From assembly GCF_009914755.1 (NCBI RefSeq), contig NC_060928.1: a stretch of DNA of 64,000 nucleotides; one strand, written 5' to 3'. The notes below the pieces were generated by a model. The model saw only the letters and a list, made by a program, of their open reading frames with translations, was not told where the DNA came from and ran no database searches. This DNA comes from the human T2T-CHM13v2.0 reference genome, Homo sapiens. Of this stretch, positions 1 through 18,355 are shown piece by piece; the first letter of the stretch is position 1, and each line of letters begins with the position of its first letter. Made by a program: the position numbers and the translations under genes.

Positions 1-281
1 GGGCTTCCCAAAGTGCTGGGATTACAGGCATGAGCCACTATGCCCAGCCTTTTATTACTTAAACTAAGATATAATAATTAATGTAAAAGGTGTTCAAATC
101 ACTTTTATAAACTTGTTTATAGCACATATTATTGTATATGCAGCACTGACTTTTTCCTTAAGTCTCAAACTCAAGTCCTTAAGCTTGATAGTTTAAATTT
201 TTTCCCAAATTTTATTTTATAAAGTAAACTAAGTTTTAATCGGATAATCTAGAACATATCACATATGGGGTCATTTTTTTT

Positions 282-944
<663 letters not shown>

Positions 945-1560
945 TACCTCTATTTTTCATGGAACATATTCTAAAGATCTCTTTGGGGAAAAAAATCTTC
1001 TAATACTATAGTGTAAAGATCTGTGCACAAAGGAAATTTGTTTCAGATATAAACTATTTTAACCAGTTGCTTTCATATCTCAGTAATACTCAACTTGTTC
1101 AATTCTTCCTATTTGAAAAGATTGGAAGCATAGATCTTTCCCCCCTATTAACTTCTGCTTCTCTCTGAACAAGGAGGCTGTCAAAACTAGGGGAGGCAGG
1201 GGTGGAAGTGGAAGGTGGGAATGAAGTTTAGGCTGGATTGGAGCCGTAACAGGTGAACCTCTGCTGGGTTGGCAAAGCAAACCTCTAAGATCTGAAACCA
1301 AACCCCTGGGTTTCTACTTGGAGGATGTCCTCATATTCATATCATCAACTGGTTTGACTGACTATTAACATTTTTATCAAGAGCTAAACCAAGCTGACAG
1401 GGAGGCTAGAGCTCTGCATGGTGTGTCTGATTTGTAAGAATGGTTTCATTAAGTCAGAGGCCCATTCAAGTTTGCTACAATCACATCACCACCATCACTA
1501 ATGCTGAAATCAGCAGGGATAACACTTTTAAAAGACTTCATGTTATCATCACAAACATAC

Positions 1561-1601
1561 CTCTTCCACGGGGCATTTTTGCTGTGTACTATTCATGAGT
1601 G
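1561..1601 (-). other. Candidate 41-nt cassette micro-exon of SH3D19
   Basis: ccttctttttttcccttag|CACTCATG...GGAAGAG|gtatgt: strong polypyrimidine tract with AG and a GAG|GTATGT donor, in unique sequence; no transcript evidence available. Confidence 0.45.
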
Positions 1602-1855
1602 CTAAGGGAAAAAAAGAAGGGGTTATAGAAGAGGAAAGGAAGAGAAAAGAGTGAACCTAGTTGCCTAAGCTTTAAAAGGAATTCAGGAGCATGACTGTCT
1701 TGCCATACCACTGTTTTTCCCTGCTATGCACACTTAAATGGAAAAGCAAAGTTGATGATCCACAGATTCAGAGAGTAAAGAAATACTGCCGCAAAGATTT
1801 GTCTGTGCAGACCAGGATATCCACACACATAACCAGTTGAAAAACCCGCTTGTAG

Positions 1856-2200
<345 letters not shown>

Positions 2201-2791
2201 CTATTTTGCAAAATCAATTTGCTACTTCAATAAGCATTGATTTTAAAGTATGAATAGTACTTAAAAGGTAATTCAGTAGTCGATCTACATTGTTTAAAAT
2301 CAGCAATTTTAACTTGATTCTGCCCGTTCACACCAGAGGTCATTCACAGCAGGCCCCCAGGCAGCAGAGTGGCACTGCCGCTGAAGAACATGGAGGGGTC
2401 TTGCAGTCGTACGTACAGATGTCCTTCTGCACAACCTTCAAGAATCACTGCTTTCCCCTCTCCTTGTCTGGCTTTTTTCACATTCACTTATCTATGAAAT
2501 CTTTCTTTTCTCTCTTGATCCTTCTGGAAAAACTGACACCTTCTGTCAGTGCTGAACAAGATTAATAGCTACAAACACTTTTGGTTTTCACTGCAGATTT
2601 TCATGTGTTGTCTCATGCTCTTTGTGCTAATTTCTCAACTATCTGCTTATACATTTCATTCTCACTTTCCCAGATTAAACAAATTTGCTGTAGTTGCCAG
2701 GAAAATCGAATTTGCCAGATTGCCATATAGACAAGCATGTCCCATTTTACCTCTCTGCCACAAGCTGCTAGTCTGGTACGTTTTGGGTTAA

Positions 2792-3221
<430 letters not shown>

Positions 3222-4912
3222 TAAAGTTGAGATGTAGATGTGCAGTATTACCACCAATAAAGAATCTTCTCGAATTCCAGCAGGATCACAAGCCTGGAAA
3301 GACCCTCAGCGATCGTCCTACTCAAACTTCACAGAGGAGAAGACTGAGATACAGAGGGGTTAAATGAATTACCCCAGGTCCAACAGCCCTTTAGGAGCAA
3401 GGCTAGGAGCAGTTTGTTTCTTGAAGCAGTTTAACTCTGTGTGGAGCCAGGAGAGTGGGATGCTAGCTAGTCTTGATCTAAATAATTCAAAATTATCAAT
3501 AAAATGATGTCAGAAGAAATAAACACATAGAAGGATTATTAATTATAAATACCCTTGCTATAGAACTATGAATGAATGATCAATGAACTAAGAATGAAAG
3601 ATCAATGAAAATCACAATAATATAAGAAACTTACTGACTACATTTGTTTGGGACAGGGTATAAGAGTTAGATGCATTTGACATGATAACAAGAACGTCTG
3701 TGGAGTGGAAAGCTCAATGGCCTTGAAGTCAGGAAACAAGGTTCATATCTTGGCTCTACCTTGTGAAGCCACTTAACCTTTCTGGGACTCAGTTTCACTA
3801 CCACATGTAAAATGGGTCAACACCTACCACGCACAGTGTTATTTTATAATGTATGGAAACAGTTCCTGACTCATGGTAGGTAAACAATATTAACTAAGTC
3901 TGAATTTCAGAAAATAATTTTCTCTTAAAAAGTTAATGAAAGGAAGAACATAAAATTCTAGATGTATCCAATTAGGATACATCAAAACACTTTACCAAAA
4001 ATACTCAGGATTCACAAGAATACATGCAAAGAAAAGGACCCCAAGGCTTGACTGGAACCGGAATCATTATGAAATAAGTTGAACTACAACCAGTTAAAGA
4101 ATATCACTTTAACAATGGGATAAAGTCTTTCCGCTTGCCAGGGTTAGATGACTGAGTATGGGATAGTAACACACACATTTTAATGGGCTGGCTAAGATAA
4201 AAATTATTTACAGCTTTTTCTTATAGAATAGGCAAAAAGAAGAAAACAAAAGGGAATGGCACAATTGTTACTCATTCTGTATTTATATGTTATCATGAAA
4301 GGATCTGTTTGGCCTTCTTGCCTAAACATCAGGAATACAAGTATTTCTTTAGTGTTTACAAAGCGACTGACAGAAGAATTAAAAGACAACTGAGTTAAAA
4401 ACCAAAAAAACACCAGCTACCTCAAAGCAAGGTTTTTCCCTTTGTTTCATATCCTCCTTCCTCTCTCTGCTAGGGCCCTGTTTCACCGTTTTCTCTTCTT
4501 TCATGGCTCCAGTCTGATCCCTCCACTGATTGCTTCCCTGCTGCCTACAAATGTCTTCATGCTTCCTCATCCTAAGCATAGTCAGATCTCCTCTTTCCTT
4601 AACTCTGCCTCCTTCTCAAATTACAGTCCATATCTCTCCTGTTCACCACCAAATTTCATAGAAGAGTAGGCTACCCTAGCCGCCCCAACTTCCACATATT
4701 CTATTCATTGTTGAAATTGAAGTGTGGCTTCCAACTTCAATATTTACTGAAACTGCTCTCTCGTGGGTCTCAATTGACCTCCTAAGTGCCAGACACAATA
4801 ACCTGTTCTCAGCACCTTTTGCTTGGCCTGGTTTAGTATTAAGAGCTATTGGTGATTCACCTGTTCCTTTTAAAATCTTCTCCTTTGACCTCTAAAACAC
4901 AGCTGTGTCCTG

Positions 4913-4944
<32 letters not shown>

Positions 4945-5639
4945 TCTGACCATTCCTTTTAAGCTTTTATTGCCCATGTCTTCGCTGAGCAAGATCTATC
5001 TTGGGGGATCCATGGGAAGTCAGGCACAGATTGTGATTCCCTAACAAAAAAGTCCTGAAATCCAAGGGAATTAAGGCAAGAAGCCAGGGAACAAAGTGCA
5101 GGAGCCCACAGATATGACTCAGTGAAAGGAGGCCTTTCACAGCAGGGCTGGGTTCATTGGGTCATGCATTTTTGCCTTATGCCTCTTGAAGGCATAGCTT
5201 GTCCTCAGACGTCAGCGTCTCCAAGATTCTATCCCTTCTCATCTTTCCTATCCTGTGTACTTTCTCCCTACATGTTTGGCTACTTCCAGGATTTTGCTTA
5301 TAACAGTGATTACTCTAAGTTATATCTCCAGCCAATAAATTCTTGCCTAAGTTCTAGATCCTAATTTTGTATTTAAATTATCTCTCTGCCCGTCATCGCC
5401 TGCCACCCACAACCCAAGGGTTATAAGGCATGAAAGGCTATCAAGAAGTTTTCATTTTTATATCTGAATTCTCTTCATCTTATACCATAGCATTCCCACA
5501 TATTTATAGTTCACCAATAAAGAAAAAAAATGGAGTGGGGAAACATGGCATATTTTTCTGTATTGTCAGCTTGTAAAATTTTCACTGGAATTGTTCAAAT
5601 GCATATTCTTCATGACCTGTGAATATCCTAAATTCATAA

Positions 5640-5981
<342 letters not shown>

Positions 5982-6307
5982 TCAGATAATGCAAAGAACA
6001 TCTAAAATCCTATCTTTATCCTTTTCTAACACAGGCAATCCATGTTCTATTTTTAAAGAGATCTTTCCAGAGCCTTTTATTTAAAAAAGTGTTAAAATAC
6101 CACACTAATAGCAAGTTTTGAAGTTTTGACCAAGAGATAAGGACAGAAAATAGAAATGTTCCTTTCTGATGGGAATTCTACTCTTAGCACTTCTATCTTG
6201 ATATGGTAGTATAAGCCCGTCTTTATAGGCACTTATACAGTTAAAAAATATATTGTGAAAAGTACCTGTAGAAACAAATGAACCAAAAGGAACAGGATTT
6301 AATACTT

Positions 6308-6609
<302 letters not shown>

Positions 6610-6617
6610 GGACTTAA

Positions 6618-6966
<349 letters not shown>

Positions 6967-7295
6967 GCTACATAAAATTTATATTAGATCACAGAAACTA
7001 ACTAGAGAGGCAAATTAAAAAAAAAAAACAAACAGCTTTATAGTATCACATTTGGGATTAAGGAAAAAAAACCCCAGCTTTGTTCTGCAAGAGAAAAACA
7101 CAGTTCTGAGAAACCGGCTTATCAATAAATATAGGCTGAAAAGTAGCTGTTTGTCTGAAATGCTTTAATACCTCTTAGGAGAAGCTACTCTTGGGTTCTT
7201 TGTAGATTCGTCAAATACAATCACCTGCTGGAAATCTAAATCATCACTTAAAATTATTACAGAGGAAAATACAGAGAAGGAAAAAACAAACTTAC

Positions 7296-7336
7296 ATCTC
7301 TTGATTACCGCTCTAATGGATGACAAGGGTCCTTGG
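7296..7336 (-). CDS. SH3D19: SH3D19 coding micro-exon (41 nt), encodes (S)QGPLSSIRAVIKR
   Basis: Minus strand ctttctttttctag|CCAAGGACC...AAGAGAT|gtaagt; enters in phase 2, leaves in phase 1; phase-compatible with 45919-45958. Confidence 0.93.
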
Positions 7337-7899
7337 CTAGAAAAAGAAAGAAAACTTATTATACATTCATTAATCCTTTTTGAAAAGAGCCATTCATAAG
7401 GCCAAGTCATTTCTGGGATTCAATATGGTGCTAAGCCACAAGTTTGATACATTATTTACTGGCCTATCCTCTTTAAAAATCAAAAATTAAAGAAATTTTT
7501 AAAACTTGACTTTAATTTGTTTTATGGGAAATATATTTGCAGTGTAAGTAAAATTTTGCCTTAAAATTGCTTTCATAGCTACTTACATACTGTATCTTCC
7601 AGTGAAAATCTGGATACCACTCGTAATTAGACAGCATTACATGGCGCTCAAAAGAACTTTATTCCTTATGGCTCTTTTGTGTTTGACACTGAAATTCCTA
7701 TCTTCATATATCACATCAAAGTACATAATCTATATAGTCAATTTGACCTAAGGAACAACAGCATTTCTTCTTAAGATTAGAATTTAAAATATCACCACCT
7801 AAAAATAAAATAATCTTGTGAGACTTTCCCCTCTCCCTCCCAGACTCCCTGTCTCTCTCTCCCCCTTCTTTCTCTCCCTTTCTCCCCTCCTACCCAACA

Positions 7900-8084
7900 C
7901 CCTGCTTCCTCTCTTGCTCTTCTGCCTTTCACCATGGGATGACACGGCAACAAGAAGACCCTCTCCAGATACCAGCCTCTCAATCTTGGATTTCCCAGCC
8001 TCCATACCCATGAGCCAATAAATTTCTGTTCATTATAAATTACCCATTTTGTGGTATTATAGGAGCAAAAAATTGACTAAGACA
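7900..8084 (+). mobile_element. MST (MaLR) LTR 3' fragment
   Basis: ttctgcctttcaccatgggatgac...aataaatttctgttcattataaattaccc...gactaagaca. Confidence 0.75.
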
Positions 8085-8251
8085 ATACTATTGTGTTATA
8101 CAGAGGGAAAGATTAAGCTCTAGGAGGTCTCTGATACCTTAAAGCGAGGACTGTAATATAAAGATACAACTGTTTACAGTAATACTGATTTTTTAAAGAG
8201 TGCTTAAAGGCTTTCTGTAAAACAGCTACATGAAAAAAGAATTAATATAAG

Positions 8252-8480
8252 GTAGAGGCGGAATGTCCCTCATCCAAAATGCCTGGGACCAGAATTATTT
8301 AGGATTTCTTTTTATTTTGGAATATTTGCATTATATACTTACCAGTTAAGTATCCCTAATCCAAAAATCTGAAATCTGAAATGATATAATGAGCATTTCC
8401 TTTGAACATTATGTTACTACTGCTCAAAAAATTTCAAATTTTGAAGCATTCTGGATTTCGGATTAGGGATACTCAATCTT
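8252..8480 (+). mobile_element. Tigger4a/MER46-like MITE
   Basis: ccaaaatgcctgggaccagaa...tatccctaatccaaaaatctgaaat...gattagggatactcaatct. Confidence 0.75.
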
Positions 8481-8633
8481 AATATGGAAGGGGTAACAGC
8501 CCTCTTAGTGAATACATCACAATCTCCTTGCTCACTACCACTGATTTGGCAGGGATGATATTATGAATTTAAAACATCCTTTGTCTCTTTTGTTGAGAAG
8601 GAAGATGTATTGATTGGGGTGGAACACGGAAGG

Positions 8634-9312
<679 letters not shown>

Positions 9313-11452
9313 TGATATGGTTTGGCTGTGTCCCCACCCAAATTTCATCGTGAATTGTAACTCCCACAATTCCGTGTCGTGGGATGAACCTGGTTGGAGG
9401 TGATTGAATTATGGGGGCAGGTTTTTCCTGTGTAGTTCTCACGACAGTGAATAAGTCTTATGAGATCTGATGGTTTTAAAAAGAGGCATTCCCTTGCACA
9501 AACACTATTCTCTTGTCTGCCGCCTTGTGAGATGTGCTTTTCACCTTCTGCTATGATTGTGAGGCCTCTCCAGCCATGTGGAACTGTGAGTCCAAAAAGA
9601 AAGTTTACAAAACTTTCTTTTGTAAACTGCCCAGTCTCAGGTATGTCTTTATCAGCAGTGTGAAAACAGGCTAATACAGTAAATTGGTACTAGTAGAGTG
9701 GGTGCTGCTGTAGATACCCCAAAATGTGGAAGCGACTTTGGAACTGGGTAACAGGCAGGGGTTGGAATAGTTTGGAGGGTTCAGAAGAAGACAGGAAAAT
9801 GTGGGACAGTTTGGAACTTCCTAGAGACTTGCTGAATGGCTTTGCCCAAAATGCTGATAATGATATGGATAATGAAAACCAGGCTGAGGTGTTCTCAGAT
9901 GGAGATGAGGAACTTGTTGGGAACTTGAGCAAAGGTGACTCTTGTTATGTTTTAGCAAAGAGACTGGTGGCATTTTGCATCTGCCCTAGAGATTTGTGGA
10001 ACTCTGAACTTGAGAGAGATGATTTAGGGCCTCTGGCAGAAGAAATTTCTAAGCAGCAAAGCATTCAAAAAGTCACTTGGGTTCTTTTAAAGGCATTCAA
10101 TTTTATAAGGGAAGCAGAGCATAAAAGTTGGGGAAATTTGCAGCCTGACAATGTGATAAAAGAGAAAATCCCATTTGCTGAGGAGAAATTCAAAATGGCT
10201 GCAGAAACTTGCATAAGTAACAAGGGGCCAAATGTTAATCCCCAAGACACTATGGGGAGAATGTCTCCAGGGCATGTCACAGGTCTTCTTGGCGGCTCCT
10301 CCCATCACAGGCCCTGAGACCTAGGAGAAAAAAATGGTTTCATGGGTTAGGCCCAGGGTCCCTCTGCTGTGTGCACTCTAGGGACTTGGTGCCCTGCCTC
10401 CCAGCCACTCCAGCTGTGGCTGAAAGGGGACAACGTAGAGCTTGGGCCGTGGCTTCAGAGGGTGCAAGCCCCAAGACTTGGCAGCTTCCATGTGGTGTTG
10501 AGCGTGCAAGTGCACAGAAGTCAAGAATTGAGGTTTGGGAACCTCCACCTAGATTTCAGGGGATTTATGGAAACACCTGGATGTCCAGGCAGAAGTTTGC
10601 TGCAGGGGTGGGGCTCTCAAGGAGAACCTCTGATAGGGCAGTGCAGAAGGGAAATGTGGGGTCGGAGCCCCAACACAGAGTCCCTACTGGGGCATCGCCT
10701 AGTGGAGCTGGGAGAATAGGGCCACTGTCCTCCAGACCCCAGAACAGTAGATCCACTGACAGCTTGCACTGTGCTCCTGGAAAAGCCGCAGACACTCAAC
10801 GCCAGCCGTGAAAGCAGCTGGTGGGGAGGCTATACCCTGCAAAACCACAGGGGTGGAGCTGCCCAAGACCATGGGAACCCACCTCTTGCATCAGCATGAC
10901 CTGGATCGTTTTGGACCTGGCGTCAAAGTAGATCGTTTTGGAGCTTTAAGATTTGACCTGCCCTGCTGGATTTCAGACTTGCATGGGGACTGTAGCCCCT
11001 TTGTTTTGGCCAATTTCTCCCATTTGGAATGGCTGTATTTACCCAATGCCTGTACGCCCATTGTATCTAGGAAGTAACTAACTTGCTTTTGATTTTACTG
11101 GTTCATAGGCGGAAGGGACATGCCTTGTCTCAGATGAGACATTGGACTGTGAACTTTTGAGTTAATACTGAAATGAATTAAGACTTTGGGGGACTCTTAC
11201 GAAGGCATGATTGGTTTTAAAATGTGAGGACATGACATTTGGGAGGGGCCAGGGGTGAAATGATATGGTTTGGCTGTGTCCCCACCCAAATCTCATCTTG
11301 AATTTTAACTTCCACAATTCTCATGTGTCATGGGAGGAACCTGGTGGGAGGTGATTGAGTTATGGGGGTGGGTCTTTCCTGTGCTGTTCTCATGATAGTG
11401 AATAAGTCTGGAAGATCTGATGGTTTTAAAAGGAGGTGTTCCCCTGTACAAG
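9313..11452 (+). mobile_element. THE1 (ERVL-MaLR) provirus: 5' LTR 9313-9678, internal 9679-11260, truncated 3' LTR 11261-~11452
   Basis: Two copies of tgatatggtttggctgtgtccccacccaaat; LTR end ctaataca; THE1-int sequence and its decayed ORF (9724-10317). Confidence 0.95.
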
Positions 11453-11495
11453 GCATGTAAGTAGAAAGCATGATATACCCACTGGGGCAGCATGA

Positions 11496-12108
<613 letters not shown>

Positions 12109-13872
12109 AAGAGTACAGAATCTGTAGTCAGCTAGAGGTGTTTTCTTATTTGTGTGAGCTGGCCAATTTACTTACTTGCTGGAATTGTTTCCTTATCTGT
12201 AATATGAGGATACTAGTGCCTATCTTTTGGCTTGTTGCTAAGACTGAATAAGAAAACTCTGTGAAATATATATCATAGTACTGGGCACGTATCAGAGTCT
12301 CAAGATATGTTAAATTTCCTACCCATTTTCCAATATAAACATTTCTGTTGTTCACAATATATATGGCTGAAATTTTTGGGACTATCCTGCCATCACCAGT
12401 GGGTTAACCTATAGTTATTATAACCCTACCTTATAAATTTAAATGATTTGCATTTCTGCTGAAATTATTATTTACCATTTACAATCATTCTGAGTTTCAC
12501 AACACATACTTCTCATATACCCAATCTCCTATGAAGCCAAAGCAATAACAAAACCAAGAGAACAAAACAAACCTACAAGCCTTTGTGAACGCTATATTTC
12601 CCCCATTGAAAACACAGACCTCTGTTCCTTTAGGTCATCCTTCTCAGGATGTTTCCCAAGAAATGGGCATGCTGATCAAGTAGCTATGTATATTTAGTTT
12701 CATATTTAACTCTATTAAAAAACAAATCCCACAAAAAAGTTCAAAGATCTTGGAAAAGACTTTCAATTATGTTCTTTATAACTACAGCCAGTTTAAAAAT
12801 CAGAATATGTTGCCTTGTCCTTTCCAATTCTTCTTTTTTTTTTTTTTAATCACACATTCCTGTCTTGACTCTCTAACTAGACTGCAAGCTTCTCAAGGAG
12901 AAAGAATGTGTCATGTAACATGTGCCCACTACTGGACTAATGTGAACTCAATTCTACTCATAGAGAGAAAGAAATATTGTAATTTAAATAGTACTAGTTA
13001 TTCCACCTATAATCCACTTAATAAGCAAATCCCCAGGGATAATTTTGCTGCTGGTTTTGTTTAGTTGGACTCAGTTGCCAGTTACATCTCACTGTATGCA
13101 CATCTTATCAAAAGTGTCTGGTCTAATGTTTAAAATAGGTTTGTTTTTTTTTTTAAATATAAAAAGTCATCTTGATGAGCATTTGGTGTTCACTAAAGAA
13201 CAGCACTCACTTCTAATGGAAAACTAGCCAGGTTGACCTTATTTAGAGATGGTACGGTAGACTTCAACATGGCACTTGAAATTGGCAATAAATACTGTAC
13301 TTTTAGTATCAATTAACAGAATTTTGGAAGTAATTCTGCATATTTGGTTTTCTCATTATACACTTTCTTTAGAACCTGTCTCTTCGTAAGTTAAGACTCT
13401 GGTAGTTCCTAAGCAACAAGCAGCACAAAGTCTTCACTGGTATGCCGCTAAATTTGAAACCATGTGTAATATACAGTAACACACAGTGACACACAGTGAC
13501 TTTACTAAGATGGAACTTGTCTGAATGGGTTAGGTTACATGACATGGAACAGATACAACTTGGTTTGGGAAGAGGTATGGTGCATGTCAACCCAGCACCT
13601 AAGAAATGTAGCATTTACTGCAACATATGAGCTCAGAATCTAACCCCTTCAAATGTGAACACAGAAAGATTAAGAACTGTGGGTCTGATGTATAATTGTG
13701 TTCAATGGACACCTATTGAAGGAACCAAGGAATTAATAACCAGAATAAAACTTTTCTGGGGTTATATCTTTCCTTCACAGTCAACCTAAGTGATCTATAG
13801 AAAGAGTTTATATAGAAAACCTAAAAAGACAAAAAGGGCTAAAATCTAATCCTCTCTTTTCTAGATGTGTAG

Positions 13873-14199
<327 letters not shown>

Positions 14200-14389
14200 A
14201 GTAGGATTAATTTTTATGATTAGGAGTTATTTGTTGGTAAAAGGCATAAAAAGGATAGCATAGGTCTAAAGAGGTGTCTATTAAATGCCAGGAAAAAAAT
14301 AAGCGATAAAATATAGACAAATATATGGTAGTTTCAGTTTCAAGCATCCACAACAACTACAGACTGATTTTTCAAACTTTTGTCTTTTT

Positions 14390-14607
<218 letters not shown>

Positions 14608-14676
14608 TGATGATTTCTTCATTTTTCGTCAAACGATTAATGTGCATCTAACTGTTAAGAGTTAACCTTAATTTTC

Positions 14677-15313
<637 letters not shown>

Positions 15314-16099
15314 CTAATGCCTATGTTATTCCAGGCATTGTGCTGGGCACCAAAGAAAGAAGATTAACTAGGACATGGCCCCTGCCCATAGGTGCTCATA
15401 GGTGCTCATGGTCTAGTGAGAAGCCTGTGGATAAGAAAAGAGCTTATGATTTGAATTTCTGCTTTTCTTAAAATTAGAACATTTATATATTTTTTTAATC
15501 TTTTATCAGAGAGGTGTTTTTACATATTAGTTCCTCTATTAGAATATAATCTCCTTCTCAGGCCATATACATGTTGGACATGTTGGAATGATGTTGCACA
15601 TAAATCCTAAATTAAAAAAATAATTACAGCAAATTTTAAAAAATTAAGGCAATTTAAGAAGTCCTCTTGACATGCTCAGATTCCATGCCATAAAATACTT
15701 TAGATCATACGTAAAGAAAAAGTTTCTGAAAAACAACTGACTCATCCAGTTACACCCTACTTAACAATGACTTTAAAAGATGTAAGAGAAGTTCTTAAAA
15801 AAAAAAAAAAAAGAAAAAAGAATTTTCTCAAACCGGTCATCCTGGTTTCAAAAACTATATATATGCAAAGGGGTGACACATCCCTTCGGACACTTCCTTA
15901 TGAACGTTTGGGGAAAACCTGGTATAAGCTGCTGCCACAGACATGAGACTGGCAGGGGACACTGCCTGGCAAGAGAAAGTAGGACAGAGGAAGCTGGGTG
16001 GAAATTCAAACAGGAATCATTTGGTCATATCAAAAACGGAACATCAAAGGCAGGCCCATCAAGGTCCATATTTAGAGTCTATACATATAATAAGAAACA

Positions 16100-16399
<300 letters not shown>

Positions 16400-16516
16400 T
16401 TATCACTACCTAGAAAAATCTGCTATTTATAGTATTAGTTTTTTTTTTTTAACTAAACATATACTGAATACTCCAGTATGCTGGTTCTCATCAGAACATA
16501 TAATCTATTTTTCTTG

Positions 16517-17220
16517 ATGGGACTTAATTAAACTAAAAAGCTTCTGCACAGCAAAACAAATAATCAGCAGAGTAAACAACCCACAGAGTGGGAGAAAATC
16601 TTCACAATCTATACATCCAACAAAGGACTAATATCCAGAATTTACAAGGAACTCAAACAAGTCAGCAAGTAAAAAACAAACAATCCCATCAAAAATTAGG
16701 CTAAGGGCATGAATAGACAATTCTCAAAGGAAGATATATAAATGGCTAACAAACATATGAAAAATGCCCGACATCATTAATTATCAGAGAAATGCAAATC
16801 AAAACCACAATGTGATACCCCTCTACTCCTGCAAGAATGGCCATAATAAAAAAATCAAAAAATATTAATAGATGTTGGTATGGATGCAGTGAAAAGGGAA
16901 CACTTTGACACTGCTAGTGGGAATGTAAACTAGTACAGCCACTATGGAAAACAGTGTGGAGATTCCTTAAAGAACTAAAAGTAGAACCACCATTTGATCC
17001 AGCAATCCCACTCCTGGGTATCTACCTAGGTATCACACACTGCACTCCAGCCTGGGTGACAGAGCAAGACGATCTCAAAAAAAAAAGAGTTAATCTTAAT
17101 TTTCAACCAAGACATCTAATGCCTATGCTATTCCGGGCATTGTGCTGGGCACCTTAGGGTAAAATAAGTCATTATACCGAAAAGATACTTGCACATGCAT
17201 ATTTATAGCAGCACAATTCA
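16517..17220 (+). mobile_element. L1 (L1PB-like) ORF2 3' fragment containing a ~130-bp foreign insert
   Basis: aaactaaaaagcttctgcacagc...aaaaccacaatgtgatacc...gatccagcaatcccactcctgggtatctacc; insert at about 17027-17156. Confidence 0.9.
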
Positions 17221-17896
17221 CCACACCCAGCCTTCTAATTTACTTTGAATTCGTCAGAAGGGATAGTTGCACGGCATGGGTGTCTAATATCTACTGATGA
17301 TGTGGCAATCAAAATCAGCACAAAAATTCAAATGTTCCAGAAGCAGCTAATATTTGGAACTGGGTTAGCAACAAATGTTACAAACAAGGGGGTGTGTGCA
17401 TGCACGTGACTATTTGGGAAGAGCCTTAACCTCAACATGTGATATTTTCAAACGAGAGCATATTCATCTCAATTAACCACTGCAATATTCTCCTGTGAAA
17501 AATAAAACCCTACTATTAATTCTAAAACATACGAAAAATCAGTGTGTTTAGACAGCAGAAGGGAAAGAAAAAAGGTGAGAAACATGATTTTGTCTCTCTC
17601 CATTCTTTATGCGATTAAAATAAAACTAATAAGGGATAATAGTGGTCATTTTAAAAGTAAAAACAAATACATATTTTAAGCATCTGAAAATGATCAAAAT
17701 ATTAATTAAATGACATTTCTAAAAACCTAGAAATTAGGTCAGTTTGAAGCCAAGGCTTTATGTGAAATAGTGAGGCAGATACTTTTTTTAAAAAGCAAAA
17801 TTTGAATGTTATTAATAAAATACATAAATTATTTAAATTGTTGTGACACTGTAAGATTTTTTCCACATCAGATAACTTTAAAAAATGTATCTTTCA

Positions 17897-18190
17897 GGCC
17901 AGGTGCGGTGGCTCATGCCTGTAATCCCAGCACTTTGGGAGGCTGAGGCGGGCGAATAACGAGGTTAGCAGATCGAGACAATCCTGGCTAACATGGTGAA
18001 ACCTCATCTCTACAAAAAATACAAAAAATAAGCCAGGCGTGGTGGCACATGCCTGTAGTCCCAGCTACTCAGGAGGCTGAGGCAGAAGAATCACTTGAAC
18101 CCGAGAGGTGGAGGTTGCAGTGAGCTGAGATCACACCACTGCACTCCAGCATGGGTGACACAGCGAGACTCTGTCTCAAAAAAAAAAAAA
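17897..18190 (+). mobile_element. Alu (AluSc-like)
   Basis: Alu dimer. Confidence 0.93.
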
Positions 18191-18355
18191 ATATATATAT
18201 AATATAAAAATATATATTATATAAAATATAAAATTATATTATATAAAAATTATATAATATATAATATATATCATATATTATATATTATATAAAATATATA
18301 TTATATAAAATATATATAAAAATATATATTTATCTTTATATATAAAAATATATAC
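18191..18355. repeat. AT-rich (TA)n-like low-complexity expansion of the Alu tail
   Basis: About 165 nt almost purely A/T, between the Alu and its TSD copy gtatctttca. Confidence 0.9.

Noticed and set aside
1080-1301. 73-aa proline-rich ORF
   Set aside because: No genuine ATG start or convincing splice borders; not recognised as part of SH3D19
3961-3983. 9-bp inverted repeat gatgtatcc/ggatacatc
   Set aside because: Short enough to arise by chance in 64 kb; no supporting context
9724-11077. 197-aa and neighbouring ORFs
   Set aside because: Fragmented THE1 internal ORF
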